Positions 15,570-31,489 of a stretch of 64,000 bases of DNA are shown here, piece by piece; positions within the stretch are counted from its first letter, which is position 1, and every line of letters starts with the position of its first letter. Origin of the DNA: the human T2T-CHM13v2.0 reference genome, Homo sapiens; the NCBI RefSeq assembly GCF_009914755.1, contig NC_060925.1, one strand, 5' to 3'. A program made the position numbers and the translations under genes. The notes under the pieces are model-generated. The model did not search any database. It was not told the DNA's origin and worked only from the letters and a program-made list of their open reading frames with translations.

Positions 15570-17200
15570 AAACGACCAATGAATCACTGATTTATGAGAT
15601 GATGCTGAGAAATCTAAGTGCCAAGAGGATTGGACTGGGCTTACTGTGTGGCCCGTAGTCTTTAACAAATTATAAAATGGTTTACTGATGATTCGTTGAC
15701 AGCACCTGTTGCAAGGTTGGAGTGCTGTTCCTAAGGATGTCGTCTGTGTTCTGAACAGTGACCGTATACAGTGCAGTTTCTCTCACTGACAGAATACCTC
15801 AGCATGGGAATCAAGAGGTAAGGGTGGGAGGCCCATCTGCCTATGACCTAATGCCCCATTTGTGGATATTTTGCTTTCTATCCCTGTGATTCTGGGCTCA
15901 GGTGGAGGTCTCAGTTCCCACATGAGGCGTCATCTCATTTGTCCACACAACAGTGGTTCCATGGGGTAGGAGGCTGAACTGCTACAGGGCTATTTCAGGC
16001 TCCTTCATGCCCATGACAAACAGGCCAAAAGAGAAGTTCACTTTGCTTTCTAGGGTGATTAATTCTGATTATCAGGGGCTAGCAAAATTTCTAACAAAAT
16101 TGGGAAGGGGTAAGTATATGTCTGGAATTCAGATGCTTTTCTGTGGAGTCTTCTACATTTACGAAAAAATGTTCAGGAATTAAGAAAAAAAAAGGAAGGC
16201 TACTACATCTTCTTACAGGTAAGATGATTGATGGACTCAGATCCCTCAGGAATAAAGATTTTAAAAGATTGTATAAATTTATGGGGTACAAGTGCAATTT
16301 TATTACATGCATAGATTGTGTAGTGTTAAAGTCAGGGCTTTTAGGGTATCCATCTCCTAAATACCATATGATGCATCCATTAAGTAATCTCTCATCATCC
16401 ACCCCTCTTCTACCCCCTCAGCCTTCAGTCTCCATTGTTTACCATCCCACACTCTACATCCATTTGTACACATTATTTAGCTTCCACTTATGAGTGAGAA
16501 TGTGCAATATTTGTCTTTCTGTGTCTGACTTGTTTCAGTTAAGATAAAGACCTTTGGTTCCATTCATGTTGCTGCAAAATACATGATTTTATTCCTTTTA
16601 ATAGCTGAATAGTATTCCATTGTGTATATATACCACTTTTTCTTTATCCAGTCCTCCATTGATGGACACTTAGGTTGATTCCATATTTTTGCTATTGTGA
16701 ATAGTGCTGCGATAAATATATGAGTGCAGGTATATTTTTGATATAATGATTTCTTCTCTTTTGGGTAGATACCAAGTAATGAGATTGCAGGATTACATGG
16801 CAGTTCTATTTTTAGTTCTTTGAGAAATCTCTGTACTGTTTTCCATAGATGTACTAATTCACATTCCTAGCAACAATGTATAAGAGTTCTCTTTTCTCTA
16901 CATCTTTACCATGTGTTACATTTTATCTTTTTAATAACAGCCATCTGACTGGTGTAAGATGAAATCTCATTGTCGTATTAAGTTGCATTTCTCTGATGAT
17001 TAGTGATGTTGAGCAATTTTTTCATATGCCTGTTGTCCATTTATATGTCTTCTTTTAAAAAATGTGTATTCATGTCTTTTGCCTACTTTTCAATGGGATT
17101 ATTTGTGGAGTGTTTGTTGTCGAGTTGTTGGTTTGGGTCACTCCATGAAGTCAAAATCTCTGATCAGTTGACATGCTGGCTGAGAGCGGAGACAACTTGA
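15570..17200 (+). mobile_element. ERVL-class internal fossil (integrase C-terminus plus dUTPase), interrupted by L1PB at 16262-17128
   Basis: ORF 15953-16183 'KEKFTLLSRVINSDYQG' resembles the ERVL dUTPase motif 'GVIDPDYQG'. 'tcagatccctcaggaataaag|gtttgggtcactcc' rejoins across the L1. Confidence 0.65.
16262..17128 (-). mobile_element. L1PB-like (probably L1PB4) 3' fragment
   Basis: 'tgtataaatttatggggtacaagtgcaattt...tccacttatgagtgagaa...gctgaatagtattccattgtg' matches reverse L1 3'UTR and ORF2 end. Confidence 0.8.
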
Positions 17201-17509
17201 TATTTAACTGGTTTTCTCTTCACCACTCTTCCTAACTGGTTTCATGATGTGTTACAGGGCATCCACCCTGGCGTAGAGGGGTTCTATTAGGGTGATGGGC
17301 GGCAAGTGCCATTTCCAGCTATGCTCAGCAGGGTTGGAGCAGCCACAGGAGGCTTCTCCCTAGGCCAGGCTTCTGGGCATCATTCCTAAGCCTTGTCTTG
17401 AGCTGGACTTCTGGCCCTCCCAAAAGTATCTTTGAAATAAACTTCTTTTCGGCCAGGGTCAGCTTCTGATTCTGTCAGGAAGAAAGTTCCACATAAAGAA
17501 ATTGAAATA

Positions 17510-17720
17510 ATAATAGTAATAATGATAATAAAAGAAAATGTTTGTTGAATGCTTGCCGTGTGCCAGGCTCCACATTGTAGGCTAGATATGCATTCATTCA
17601 TTTCCTTCTGTCAACAGTCCTCCAAGTTTGGGGTATATTCACTTCTTTGTTTTGCATTGTTTTTTTAGGAGAGGAGGTAACCGAAGCTTACAGCAATTTC
17701 AAAATTGTCCAGGTTCATAA
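17510..17720 (-). mobile_element. MIR SINE
   Basis: 'ttgttgaatgcttgccgtgtgccaggc...gaggaggtaaccgaagcttacag'. Confidence 0.6.
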
Positions 17721-18018
17721 ATTAGGAATGTCTGTTCGTGAAGCTTGACAGGCAGCAGAAAACAAGTCATATAAGGACTTGCATGCTTGATGAAGGAGTC
17801 AAGATGCCAAAATTGTGTTTTAGACTGTTTATTATGGGAAATTTTAAAACATGCAAAAAAGAGAGAACAATATAATAAACTACCACCAACCTAGTTGCAG
17901 CACATCATTAATATACATAATAGTTATTGCTTTATACAATTAGTTTAAGTATACAGGAGATAGCTAGTCCTTCTGAGTTTTCTTGAACGTTGTGAGGTTT
18001 AAGAGTTTGAAGTTGTAG

Positions 18019-18360
<342 letters not shown>

Positions 18361-18368
18361 TAAATTCT

Positions 18369-19670
<1,302 letters not shown>

Positions 19671-19680
19671 ATTAAATTCT

Positions 19681-20500
19681 CAAACTGTATAAAATTTAAA
19701 ACTTGTATGTCAAAATAGCATTAAAAATTAAAAGCCAAACAACACACTCTGAAATTGATTTGCCACGGGTGTGATATTCAAAAAATATCTTTATATAAAA
19801 AGCTTATGCATAGTGATAAGAACATAGTAAGATGTGGGAGAAAAGTGGGTCAAGGGTGTGAATTATACAATTCTCAGAAAAAGAAACAACAGTAACTACC
19901 AAACTGAAGAGTAATTCAGGCAATAAAATAGAAAAAAAGCTAAGTTTATCTATGAAGTGAAAGATTTAAAGAAGCAGTATTCATATTGTGCTGAAGCGAA
20001 AATAACGTAATATAACCCTAATGGAAATTAATTTGACAAAATGTGTTATAGACTTAAAGAAATGTATATCCTTTGATCTAAATATTTTACCAAGAGAATT
20101 TTCTCCGAAATTTATGAGAGGTGTGGAAAAGATTTCTATATGAAGAATCTCATTATAGCCTGATTTAGAAGAATAAAAATATCTGGGGGAAAACTCCCAA
20201 AGCCTAACAATAAGAGAATGCTTTTATAAACTATGGTGCAATGACAGAATGTTACAGAATTATTTTCCTTGGCAAATGGTCACATATGTAAAGTATGATC
20301 ATATTTACATAAAATTCACCTCTTTACAGACAGACACACACACAGAAAAGACATTGGAGAGAAATAAACTGACATGCTAACTGTGGTATTCTCTGGATTG
20401 TGGGACTACGGTTGTTTTTTATTTTTCTCTCTATTCTTTTCTGTGCTTTCTCTTATTTTTCTGAGGAATGTGTATTCACCTTTAGATTCAGAAAAGAAAC
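19681..20500 (+). mobile_element. Ancient L1ME-type 3' region
   Basis: Degenerate L1M ORF2 end and 3'UTR ('aaatgtatatcctttgatc', 'atgctaactgtggtattctctgg'). Confidence 0.55.
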
Positions 20501-21344
20501 TTAAAATATTGATTAAACTAATGCTGTCTAGCAAAAAACATAACTTTATTATTACGAACAAGTGAGTAATGTAAATGGCTGTTATTAATACTAATAACAA
20601 TTATTCAGTACTTAATATGTAATAATATATCAATATTATTACAATGATTAAAAAAGTAATAATTGAGTATTTATTATATATAAGGATTTAGTTAATAGTA
20701 AGGATTATAATCATTCTTGTTGTATAGATGACAAAGCTGAGACCCCTGATGAATAAGTGGCTTGCTCAAAGTCCGAGAGCTTTAACTGGTGGAACCAGGG
20801 CTTGAACTAGGTTTGCTTGACACTAAGGCCCCTGTTTTTCACCACCGAAGTTCAGGTGAATTCTCTCCTGGACAGCATGAGATATCTCGTGGGACAGCCC
20901 TTCAAAGTGAGTCTACCTCATAAGACAACATGGGTCACAGCCTGGGGCCTGCTAGAAGCTCAGCCCAACATTATTTGATAGAATCAGTTAGTTGTCAAAG
21001 CATCAACTTGAAAAGAGAATTCAATTTTCCCTAAAGTTGAGGAAAACAGGCTTTCTTCCCTATTTCCTTCAGTGAAAACAGGGAAAACACACACAAGAGA
21101 GTTCGAGTGCTAGATGCTGACCTTTTTCTAAACAAAGCTTCTGTTATCCATTTTCTCTGTCTTCCTACCTGACCCAAACCTCTTCAGATGGATGCTGTTT
21201 TCTTCTTTAAAAATATTAGTATCTTCAAGCAGGTTACAATCAAGGCCTCCGAGTCTAGGTGCCTTCCTACCTCCTTCCAGTGGCTGTGATGCTCCAAGAA
21301 GTGTTTATATTTAACTCATGGAGAGCAACCTTATTTTTCTAGTT

Positions 21345-21643
21345 TTTTTTTTTTTTTTTTTCCTGAGACAGAGTCTCGCTCTGTTGCCCAGGCTGGATTG
21401 TGGTGGTGTGATCTCGGCTCACTGCAACCTCCACCTCCTGGGTTCAAGCAGTTCTCTGCCTCAGCCTCCCAAGTAGCTGGGATTATAGGCACCTGCCACC
21501 ACGCCCGACTAATTTTTGTGTTTTTAGTAGAGATGGGGTTTTACCATCTTGGCCATTCTGGTCTTGAATTCCTGACCTTGTGTTCCACCTGCCTCAGCCT
21601 CCCAAAGTGCAGGGATTACAGGCGTCAGCCACTGCACCTGGCC
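21345..21643 (-). mobile_element. AluS (Sg-like)
   Basis: Full dimer; TSD TTTTTCTAGTT at 21334-21344 and 21644-21654. Confidence 0.95.
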
Positions 21644-22605
21644 TTTTTCTAGTTCTTAAGAAAGAGTGGTGTGTGGCCTGAGTCACTTCGGTCTCTAAGA
21701 CCTGTGGTCTCCTACCACACCTTGCAGAGTTGTGGTAAGGATTAGTGATAGCATGCCGAAAGCATATTATTCTGTAGACTCCATGAAGGCAGCATAAAGC
21801 CAGCCTTGTCCCCAGATGTATCTCCATTTCTTAGCACAGTGCCCTGCATGCAGCAGGTACTCAGCACATCTGTGATAAGTAGGAATGTGAATGAATAAAC
21901 ATAGCACATTACCAGGGAGACAGTAGGTACTCAACAAACCCTAGCCGTGATACACTATTACCCTGCTGCTCTCTGGCCCTTAGTCTATGCATCTGTATTA
22001 ACAAGGGCTTGGACTAGTTGGTCTCTAGGGTACTCTCCAGCTCTGACATTCTATGCCTGAATCCAAATACTCCAGAAGCAACCTGGGGCTCAGGGAGGAA
22101 AGATGATCTTCTCAGCATGTGCACAGAATTATTTGGCGTGTTCTCCATGTGAGACGAAGAGCCTGTGTACCGTCCTGAGGCTCATTCTGCCCTCTTCAAC
22201 ACACCATCTGGACCTCTCCACGTGGCAGTTTGCAACATCTGTCAGAAGTGCTTGGTGCCAGGATGACTCTTGCTGCAAGCATGTCCTTGGAAAGCTCTGG
22301 AAATAGGGAGCCTGCCGGGAGTTTATGTAACATGCTGAGTGGCCAGAGGACTGTGCGCAAAGGGCTCTGATCCCATAGCGGGTCAGCCTGCTATGACCAC
22401 TCAGGGTGACTCAACTGATTGTCACATGCAACTCACAAACTGCTGACGACAGAGAGCACTGTGGTGAAAGGGACAGGAAATTCTGCCTCTGCTTTATATA
22501 CTTTTTGGTGGTTATTCCCCTTTTTATTCTAAAAAGGAAGGATTTGAGATTGCTGACTCAAATACAAAGAATATAAAAAATAAATTAGAAAATCAGAATG
22601 AAAGG

Positions 22606-23110
22606 TGTAGGGGAGAAAATATTTCTTTCCCAACCTATTGCAAGGTTTATGACTGATATCCCAATGACAAAGACAGATTAACAAGAGAAAAGCGTAACTT
22701 ATTTGTTTAATATAGTTTTACATGACTGAGGAGCCTTTGGAAATGAAGGCCCAAAGATCCAGGCAGGGAAAGCTGCATATTTTTATGGACAGACATAATA
22801 GAAGCTTGATTGAAGGACAGAAGGGTATCATCCAATGGTGCAAAATTAGGGGGAACTTAGCAAGGTTTATTTGTTCAGATTCTTCTTGGCCTCTGGATAT
22901 AGGGCAGGACACTTCTGGAATGAGGGTCTTGTGACCTACGTTTAGGGGAGGTAGGTCAGAGAATTCTTTTGTGGCCTGCTTCAGGATAGAAAGGCCAGAG
23001 AAAGTCAGAGAGACCGTCCCACTTTTATAGTTTTCTTAATTTCCTCCAGCTTAAAGTCCTCCGTGTGTCAAGATGCCATATTTTGGGGTATTATATTGTG
23101 AGCCCTGACA
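22606..23110 (-). mobile_element. ERV1 solo LTR, MER34-group
   Basis: TG...CA termini ('tgtagggg'...'gccctgaca'), 'gacagattaacaagagaaaagc' and 'gccatattttggggta'. Confidence 0.75.
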
Positions 23111-23119
23111 AGGGAAAGA

Positions 23120-23561
23120 CTTGCTGGGGGTCTCTTCTACTTGCCTCTTCAGACCTACTCCACCTGCTGTCCTGCTGTCTGCCCTGGGGCACTGACCATG
23201 TGGCTTATATCTGGATTTTTACTGGCTTTGGCCATGGGGCGCACCAGCAGGAGATCAGAGGGAGGAGGGGAGTGAGGTCCTGAAGTCACTTTGGGCAGGC
23301 TGTGTCCTTCCCTAGAGGACACAAATCCTCTCAAATTGACCTTCTCAGTAAGACTCTTTCTTTCTAGACAGGTAATTGCTCTGTCTCCTGGGACTAGTGG
23401 TGAAGCTCCACTGTTATTGGCCCCTGGATAGTGCACTGTCTGTTGTACTTCCCCTATCTCCTGCCCACAGCTCTGTAAATAGCCCCGTTTTAAATAAACC
23501 TTTCTTGAATTATCTTAAATTGAGTGTTCCCTCTGTTTCCCGTTAGGACTTGACTGATACA
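23120..23561 (+). mobile_element. ERVL LTR33-family LTR
   Basis: 'ggccatggggcgcaccagcaggagatcagaggg', AATAAA, and 3' end 'gactgataca'. Confidence 0.7.
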
Positions 23562-23789
23562 TAAGGATAGAAAATACAAGAGGGAACCAGAAATAATGCT
23601 CATGGATGAGATACAAATTGTAGTGCCCTGTACATGTGCCAAAAAAAAGATGTGAGTGTGTGCTACCCGTTTGACTTGAGCTTCCTAGTGACCAAAGCAA
23701 CAGAACCATAGGAGGAGGTCTCCAGTCATCATTTCTTACCACCAGAGTCTAAGGGACCTTACTACATAAAACTCTGTCACTCCCATTAT

Positions 23790-24215
23790 CTTGTGGGTTA
23801 AACTGTGTCCCCCAAAATGATAAGCTCAAGTCTTAGCCACTAGTACCTATGAATATGATCTTATTTGGAAACAGGGTCTTTGCAGATGAGACCACCTTAA
23901 GATGAACTGATAGCAAAGTGGTGTGGGCCCCTAATCCAATGACTGGTGCCCTTAATGAAGAGAGAAATGTAGACACACAGAAACATACTAGGAGGATGCC
24001 ATGTGAAGATGGAGGCAGAGGCTGGAGTAATGCCCAACTAGAGGTTAGGAGAGACGCATGGAACAGTTTCTCTCTGAGTCTCTAGAAGGAACCAAACTGG
24101 CCGACACCTTGATTTTGAACTTCTGGTCTCTGTAACTATGACAGAATAAGTTTCTGTTGTTTTGAGCCACCCAGTTTGTGGTACTGGGTTATGACAGCCC
24201 TAGAAAGCAAGTACA
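23790..24215 (+). mobile_element. MaLR solo LTR, MLT1B/C-like
   Basis: 'aactgtgtcccccaaaa...ttatttggaaacagggtctttgcagatg...ttgagccacccagtttgtggtac'. Confidence 0.85.
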
Positions 24216-24219
24216 CTTT

Positions 24220-24612
24220 GAAGTGGCATCAAGACTCTTGATATGACTATGCCTACTTTCTAGCTTCATCTCCCACCACTCACCGGCTTGCCCTGTTTGT
24301 CTGGTTCTTACATCACTGTGCTATCCCAGAGTCCTCAGCCTTTTGGCTGTATTCTTATCACAGCCTGGATTGCCTCTTCTACTTTTCACCCTGATAGATT
24401 CAGCTCAGGCGTGGCTTTCCCCAGGAACCCTTCCCTGGCTCTCCCAGCTGTCTTGGGTCCATCTCCTTTGAACTCCCATATCATTGATAATAGGCACCTG
24501 ATGCATTTGTTTCCCTCCCTCAACAGTAACCTCCTCAAGAGTGATATCATGTTCCTCTTTGCATCCCCAGGGTCTAGAACAGTGCCTGGCACACAGTAGA
24601 TTCCCAATAACA
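24220..24612 (+). mobile_element. L2 LINE fragment
   Basis: 'tctagaacagtgcctggcacacagtaga' matches the L2 3' region. Confidence 0.6.
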
Positions 24613-25536
24613 TAGATATAAATATCCTCAGCAGGATATTTGATTGGGGTACCTGCTACCAGCCAGGTACTTTTCTAGCCACTTCATATGCACTTCATTT
24701 GTGTGAGGAAATTGAAGCTTGCATAGGATACTGTCTAAGTTATGTGTCCATAAGTGATGGAACTGGAATTGAAATTAGATCTGACTGACTATAGTCTAGT
24801 CTCTCCCATTCCAATCTGCTGCCTCTTTACATTGGACAGAAAGAGAAGGGCCAGGTTAGGGAGGATCTAAATGCTAGATTTTTGTCCACAATAAACTCAT
24901 CTTGAGCAATCAGCTTTGAGCCCTGCATGAATGTTGATCAAATGATTGTGTATTTACTAAATCTCTTTTTGCTTTTGCTCAGGAAGCAGAAATGTTTATT
25001 TCTTTAAAAAACACAGTTGATAAGTGGGGCAATATGGATGGGATACTCAGTACTTTGAAGAGGCTGAGATTTCTATTGGCAGAACATTAAAAATGAGAGA
25101 TGTTGGTTTTAAGTCTGAATAGCAATGCCATTTTTCATTGCTGTGTCATACTGTGTCTGTGCAGCTCAGAAATGATCGCACCACCCAGACAGCCATTCCT
25201 GTCTGTGTTCCAGCCTGCCTTCTAGAGAACACACATTTGAGGAGTGGACCTGTGAGATGATAAAACAATGAGAAAGGCGGACAGGGAAACTACCTTTCAT
25301 TGAGAAGTTAGAATTTCCTTTTTAATTTAAACCTTACTATCCTTCAACCTAGTTATTATTATGCCCATTTTGCAAATGGCAAAGCTGAGGCTCAGAGGGG
25401 AGAAGAGGCTTACTTCGATGGGAATATATATTCAACGGATATTTGCAAAAGCCTGCTATGCACCAGGCACTAGGCTGAGTGCTGAGAATTTGGTGGTGAA
25501 CAATAATGACAGCTCCTGTCTTCATTAAAAATAAAA

Positions 25537-25834
25537 GGCCGGGCGCGGTAGCTAACACCTGTAGTCCCAGAAATTTGGGAGGCTGAAGTGGGTGGATCAT
25601 TTGAGGTCAGGAGTTTGAGACTAGCCTGGCCAACTTGGTGAAACCCCATCTCTACTAAAATACAAAAATTAGCCAGGCGTGGTGGTATGTGCCTGTAATC
25701 TCAGCTACTTGGAGGCTGAGGCAGGAGAATTGCTTAGACCCGGGAGGCGGAGGTTGCAGTGAGCCGAGATCGTACCACTGCTCTCCAGCCTGGGTGATGG
25801 AGTGAGACTCTGTCTCAAAAAAAAAAAAAAAAAA
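25537..25834 (+). mobile_element. AluS (Sx/Sz-like)
   Basis: Full dimer with poly-A, inserted at a TT|AAAA site. Confidence 0.95.
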
Positions 25835-25875
25835 GTAATGGCAAAACCCACAATTACTTCTGCACTAACTCAATA
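25831..25875. mobile_element. MADE1 (Hsmar1 mariner MITE), one arm only
   Basis: 'aaaagtaatggcaaaacccacaattacttctgcactaactcaata' resembles the MADE1 arm AAAAGTAATGGCAAAAACCGCAATTACTTTTGCACCAACCTAATA. Confidence 0.8.
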
Positions 25876-27364
25876 ATATCCTTGTGAGGCAGAAAGTAAT
25901 TAAACAGACGAAAATCACATATGTCTAAGCAGTGTGACTTTTTATTACTAATGGCAGAACTGGGGTTCAAACCTGGATGTGCAAGGCTTCAAATCCCAGA
26001 TTCTTCTTGTGTATTTTTTCTTTCTTTTGGTAATGTCCCTCATTGATAATACTCATTTTCTGGTGCCTTTTTAGAGTATTGTCACTGAAAAACTTATGTC
26101 CAACCCAGAGGTCTTAAATAAGTTGATTTGCTTCTACTTAATCATAGGAGGTTTCCAGAGGGTCAAAGTTTGGACTCCTAGCTCTACTTCTTACCAAGTG
26201 CGTGAGCTTGGGCAAGTGCTATGACACACCTATTTACTTTTAGTCGTCTGTACTATGAAGATGATGTAAGGCTCAACAGAGAAGATGAATGGGAAGGTGC
26301 TTTGCAAACACTAAGGAACTCTCCAAATGCTGGAGACTATTAAAAACAAGCAAACAAAAACTTGTCCACCCTCATCAGTGAATAGCTACAACTATTATTC
26401 TAAGCACATAATTATTCTAAATAATATAAGAGTGGTGGTAGGTGAGGTTTTTTCTTTGCAGAATATATGCAACAGAGGCTTTAAGCAAATTAATAGCTAA
26501 ATAAGATTAGAAAGGATAAAAATCGGATTTACAATCAAATAATATTTAAGCTAGTTTTCTGGTTTTTCAAACCTCTTTTAGCTATAGTATTTGCTTATAA
26601 TGTGTTAACTACAAAATTTAGTTTTTTTTTCATTTACCAAGTAAAGGGAAAAAAGCAAACATTAAGTATCTCAACCACCAGGTTGAAAGTGGGGAATTCT
26701 GTATTTCAAATTCTTGAATCCGCACTCCTCCTTCCTTTGCTTTTAGATGAGGGAATTGTTGCTTGTAAACCTTTGCTCCCTGACTGTAGCCCCATCCTGA
26801 AAATTCTGTATTGTGTTCTTCATGAGGAATATTAACAGCTAGTATATAGCAAGGCCTTTATTTTCTGGAGGAGTTACACTTTCTTTACCTCATTTTGTAA
26901 CAGCCTGCAAGTTAGTCTCTATCTTCCAGAAACCCAGCTAAACCATGCTTTTTTTCCTCTGTGTCTCTGGGGCCTATAGACCACATTGACTGTCACAGAG
27001 TAACTGCTCAGTAGATTATAGCTGTTGATAAAATACTACTAATAATACTTTTTATGATGACTACCATTATTATATCACTACATAAATATTTTTGGAATGA
27101 ATATGTGGAAATTAGGAAGTAGGCCAAAAAAGAGCTGTGAATGGTAAACAAATTTTAAAAATTGTGTGTTTTCTCAGGCCCTCATTCATAGCCTATGGTT
27201 TCTTATGTTTCACAGAGTTCTAATACTCTCAGCATTCAGGTTATACATAGCAGATTAGAAGTATCAGAATATTCTCATAAAAGGAAAAAGTGTGCCTGTT
27301 TTTAGCCACCAAATCCTGAAAGGTTATCAGTGATCTTTTGCTACTGAGGGTAGAATTGAAATTG

Positions 27365-27560
27365 GATTCTGGGTTTGAATCATGGCTCTGCCACTTACTC
27401 GCAGAGTGTGATGTGCGGCAGGGCGTCACTTCTTTTTAGCATTGGTGATAATAATATCCATCCATAGGGTCATTAATAAGGAAAACAGTATTTGTATAAC
27501 TCTGTATTGTACATAGCCCTATCTTCTGCCTGGCTACTATAAATCTCCTAAGAATCCGAA
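27365..27560 (+). mobile_element. MIR SINE
   Basis: 'ctgggtttgaatcatggctctgccacttactcg...gtgtga'. Confidence 0.6.
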
Positions 27561-27929
27561 GCCATTGGTATTTGTATCCACAGTTGGCCAGGGAGAAACA
27601 CCAGGCCTGGGAGATGAAGTTGTGCCTCTCTGGCTGGACCATTAGCTAATGGCAAAGCTGGCGTTAGAGCCTGGCTCTTTCTCCTCCCACCCACCCACTT
27701 CTTAAGTGTAATTTTTATGACAATCAAATATGATAAAATATGGTTTTAGAAAGGAGATTTCTCTCCTCCATTTTCAAAGACTCTTCAATTTGCATGATGC
27801 CTTTGAGTGAACAAGAATCCCTTCAGTGCCTACTCTATCAGCCCTATGAGGAGAGAAGGTGATGAGTCTGCAAAGTACCTATATCTAGTGGTACATTAGG
27901 GCATTTATAGGAAAAAGCAAATAAAAAAA

Positions 27930-28256
27930 TCAAATGTATCCTTATAAGTGGCAAGGAAAGGGAGACTCGATAACATGCAAAAAGGAGAAAGCAATATGAT
28001 GAGTGAGGCAGTATTGGAATGACACAGCCACTAGCTAATGAATGCCAGCAGCCAAAAGAAGCTGGAAGATGCAAGGAACAAATTTTCTTCTAGAGCCTCT
28101 AGAATAAACATAACCTTTCCAAGACCTTGATTTTTGACTCAGTGATACTGATTTTGGATTTCTGGCCTCCAGAACTGTGAGAAAATAACATTTTTTGTTG
28201 TTTTAAGCCACCAAATTTATGGTCATTTGTTACTGCAGCCACTGGAAACTAATACA
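27930..28256 (+). mobile_element. MaLR LTR (MLT1C/D-like), 3' part
   Basis: 'ctggcctccagaactgtgagaaaataa...ttaagccaccaaatttatgg...ggaaactaataca'. Confidence 0.8.
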
Positions 28257-29971
28257 AGGACTTAGGGGACAGTGAGCTGCTGTTGGCCATGCAGAGGCAG
28301 GACATACATTTGTAGTATCTTGAACCTCCGATTTTACTAGTAGAAATAATGGCAATAATGTCCAAGCAGTCCAGAGAAGTGAGCTGACTCTGGAGTAGCC
28401 AACATCTATGGCAGCCTTGAAGAGGTGAACCGAAATCCAAGGGCCACTAGGAAGGGAATGAAAAGACTAGGATTCCTCTAGGACTATGAGGAGAGCCGTG
28501 CCCTTACAGAGGCTGATGTGAAGCATCAGCACTAGCCACTGGTAAAGACAGTGGCTCCCAGCACAGCAGGGGATTCCTGGGATTATCAACATGGAGGCAG
28601 AGGAATGAAGAGGCATTGGGGGTGAGTGCTTGTCTCTTGGCAAGCACAGGCCCATCTGTAACACTGGCAGTGCCTGGAGCAGGAGTTTAAATGGGACTCA
28701 TATACCATGTGTCTAAATATTTTATAAGTTGTAAATCAACTTAATAAGCTGTTAAGTAACATATTTTGATAAAATTAAAAAAGTTAAGTTACAGTTTTTA
28801 AAGGAGTGAAAGTTGGCAAAGTATAAAAAATGACTGAATTTAATTATTATTGAATATATCTAAGCATCCTATTGACAAGCCAATAATGTTTGAGTGAATG
28901 GTAAAAATGGAAATTCATGTAATTCATTTATTTTTATAAAATTTATAAAATTAATTTTTCTAGCCTCCATTGCTGCAAAATTAACAATTATGTTACTGTA
29001 ATCAATATTTTGACATAATTCATGATCTATTGATAGTAATATCTTCTTAATCTTATATTTTACCTATACGAAATTGAATTGGAAAAATGTTGACTTCTGG
29101 TTCTAGCCTTCTGGTCTAACTTGGTCCAAATTCATTTTCCCTCTGTAATCACTAGAAAAGTGGAAAAACAAATGAAAACAAAAGTTAGAGGAAGAAAACA
29201 AATGAGTCCAATGATGACTTTGAGTTCAGCACAGAGGCAGTTTTTTGGGCTGTGGTACAGGGAGGGAGATGTCAATTAGATCATGGCAGTCCCACTGAGT
29301 TGAGGAATTTGAGATCAGGATTTAGGTAGGTGGACGTCGCTGGAATTTGGTGACGAGAATACCAGAGACGAGAGAACTACACAGTGAAAAACTTCACATA
29401 TCTGCATAGGATTCCTCTTGAGTTTGCTGCTGGATATTAAGCTGCACATGCATAGTGTGAAACTCTGAAACCAAGGAAAGAGTACCTGGGGAGTTGTAAG
29501 CAGAATAATTCCCAAAGCTCACAGAGTACTGGGAGATGTTTGCATTCTAATCAGCCAGAGTGAAGAGAACCAAGGGATTTAGTAAATACCAGAAGGGTCA
29601 TGCTTTATTAGAAGTACTAAATTGGCCCTAAATTAAAAGCTACTCTATGAAGCATAAAACCAGTTTTGAAAGGATCAAGCTAATTCACAATTTAAGCCAC
29701 CAGAACAAAGTCTAACACTCTTTAAAGGAAACAAACAAAATCCAGTGCACAACAATGTCCAGGATCCAATTGGAAATTAGTAGATACATTAGAAAGGAGG
29801 GAAATAAAATTTTTTTAAAAAGAAGAAAAACCAGCCAACTGAAACAAACCCAGAAATGACAGATAATAAAAGGAGCAGATAATAACTTTAAAATAATTAT
29901 AAATATGTTCAAATATTTAATGGAGAACATGGACACAATAAATATTGAAATGGAAGATATAAAACAAGTGA

Positions 29972-30284
<313 letters not shown>

Positions 30285-30395
30285 ATAGAAAACTTTCATA
30301 GATAAAAAATTCAATTTTAAACAAAAAGCTCACATTTAATAGGATTAAAACACATTAGACATAGAAGATAAGTTCAGTGGAGCAATATACTAATC

Positions 30396-31105
<710 letters not shown>

Positions 31106-31489
31106 CCATTTAAACTGAAGCACAGAGAGAAAAAAAAAACTTAAAAGGAAAGCACGAAGCTTCAGTGACACCTGGGATTAAATAAGCAGTCTAATGTCAG
31201 TGTAATTGAAGTCCCAGAAAAGGTATGGGGAAAGAACAGAAAGAATATTAGAAGAAATAATGGCTGAAAAGTTTTCTAAATATGATAACAAGCTATAAAT
31301 TTTTAAATCCATGATACTCAATGAATTCTAAGCAAGACACACATCCACTCCCACACCCACCCACCCCCACACACATACCCACACAGCTAAAACATGTTGT
31401 AATCAAATCGCTGAAATTCAGTCATCCAGCAATAAAGAGAAAATCCCAAAAGCAGCAAAAAGGGGGAAAAACATATTATGTAAAGACAG

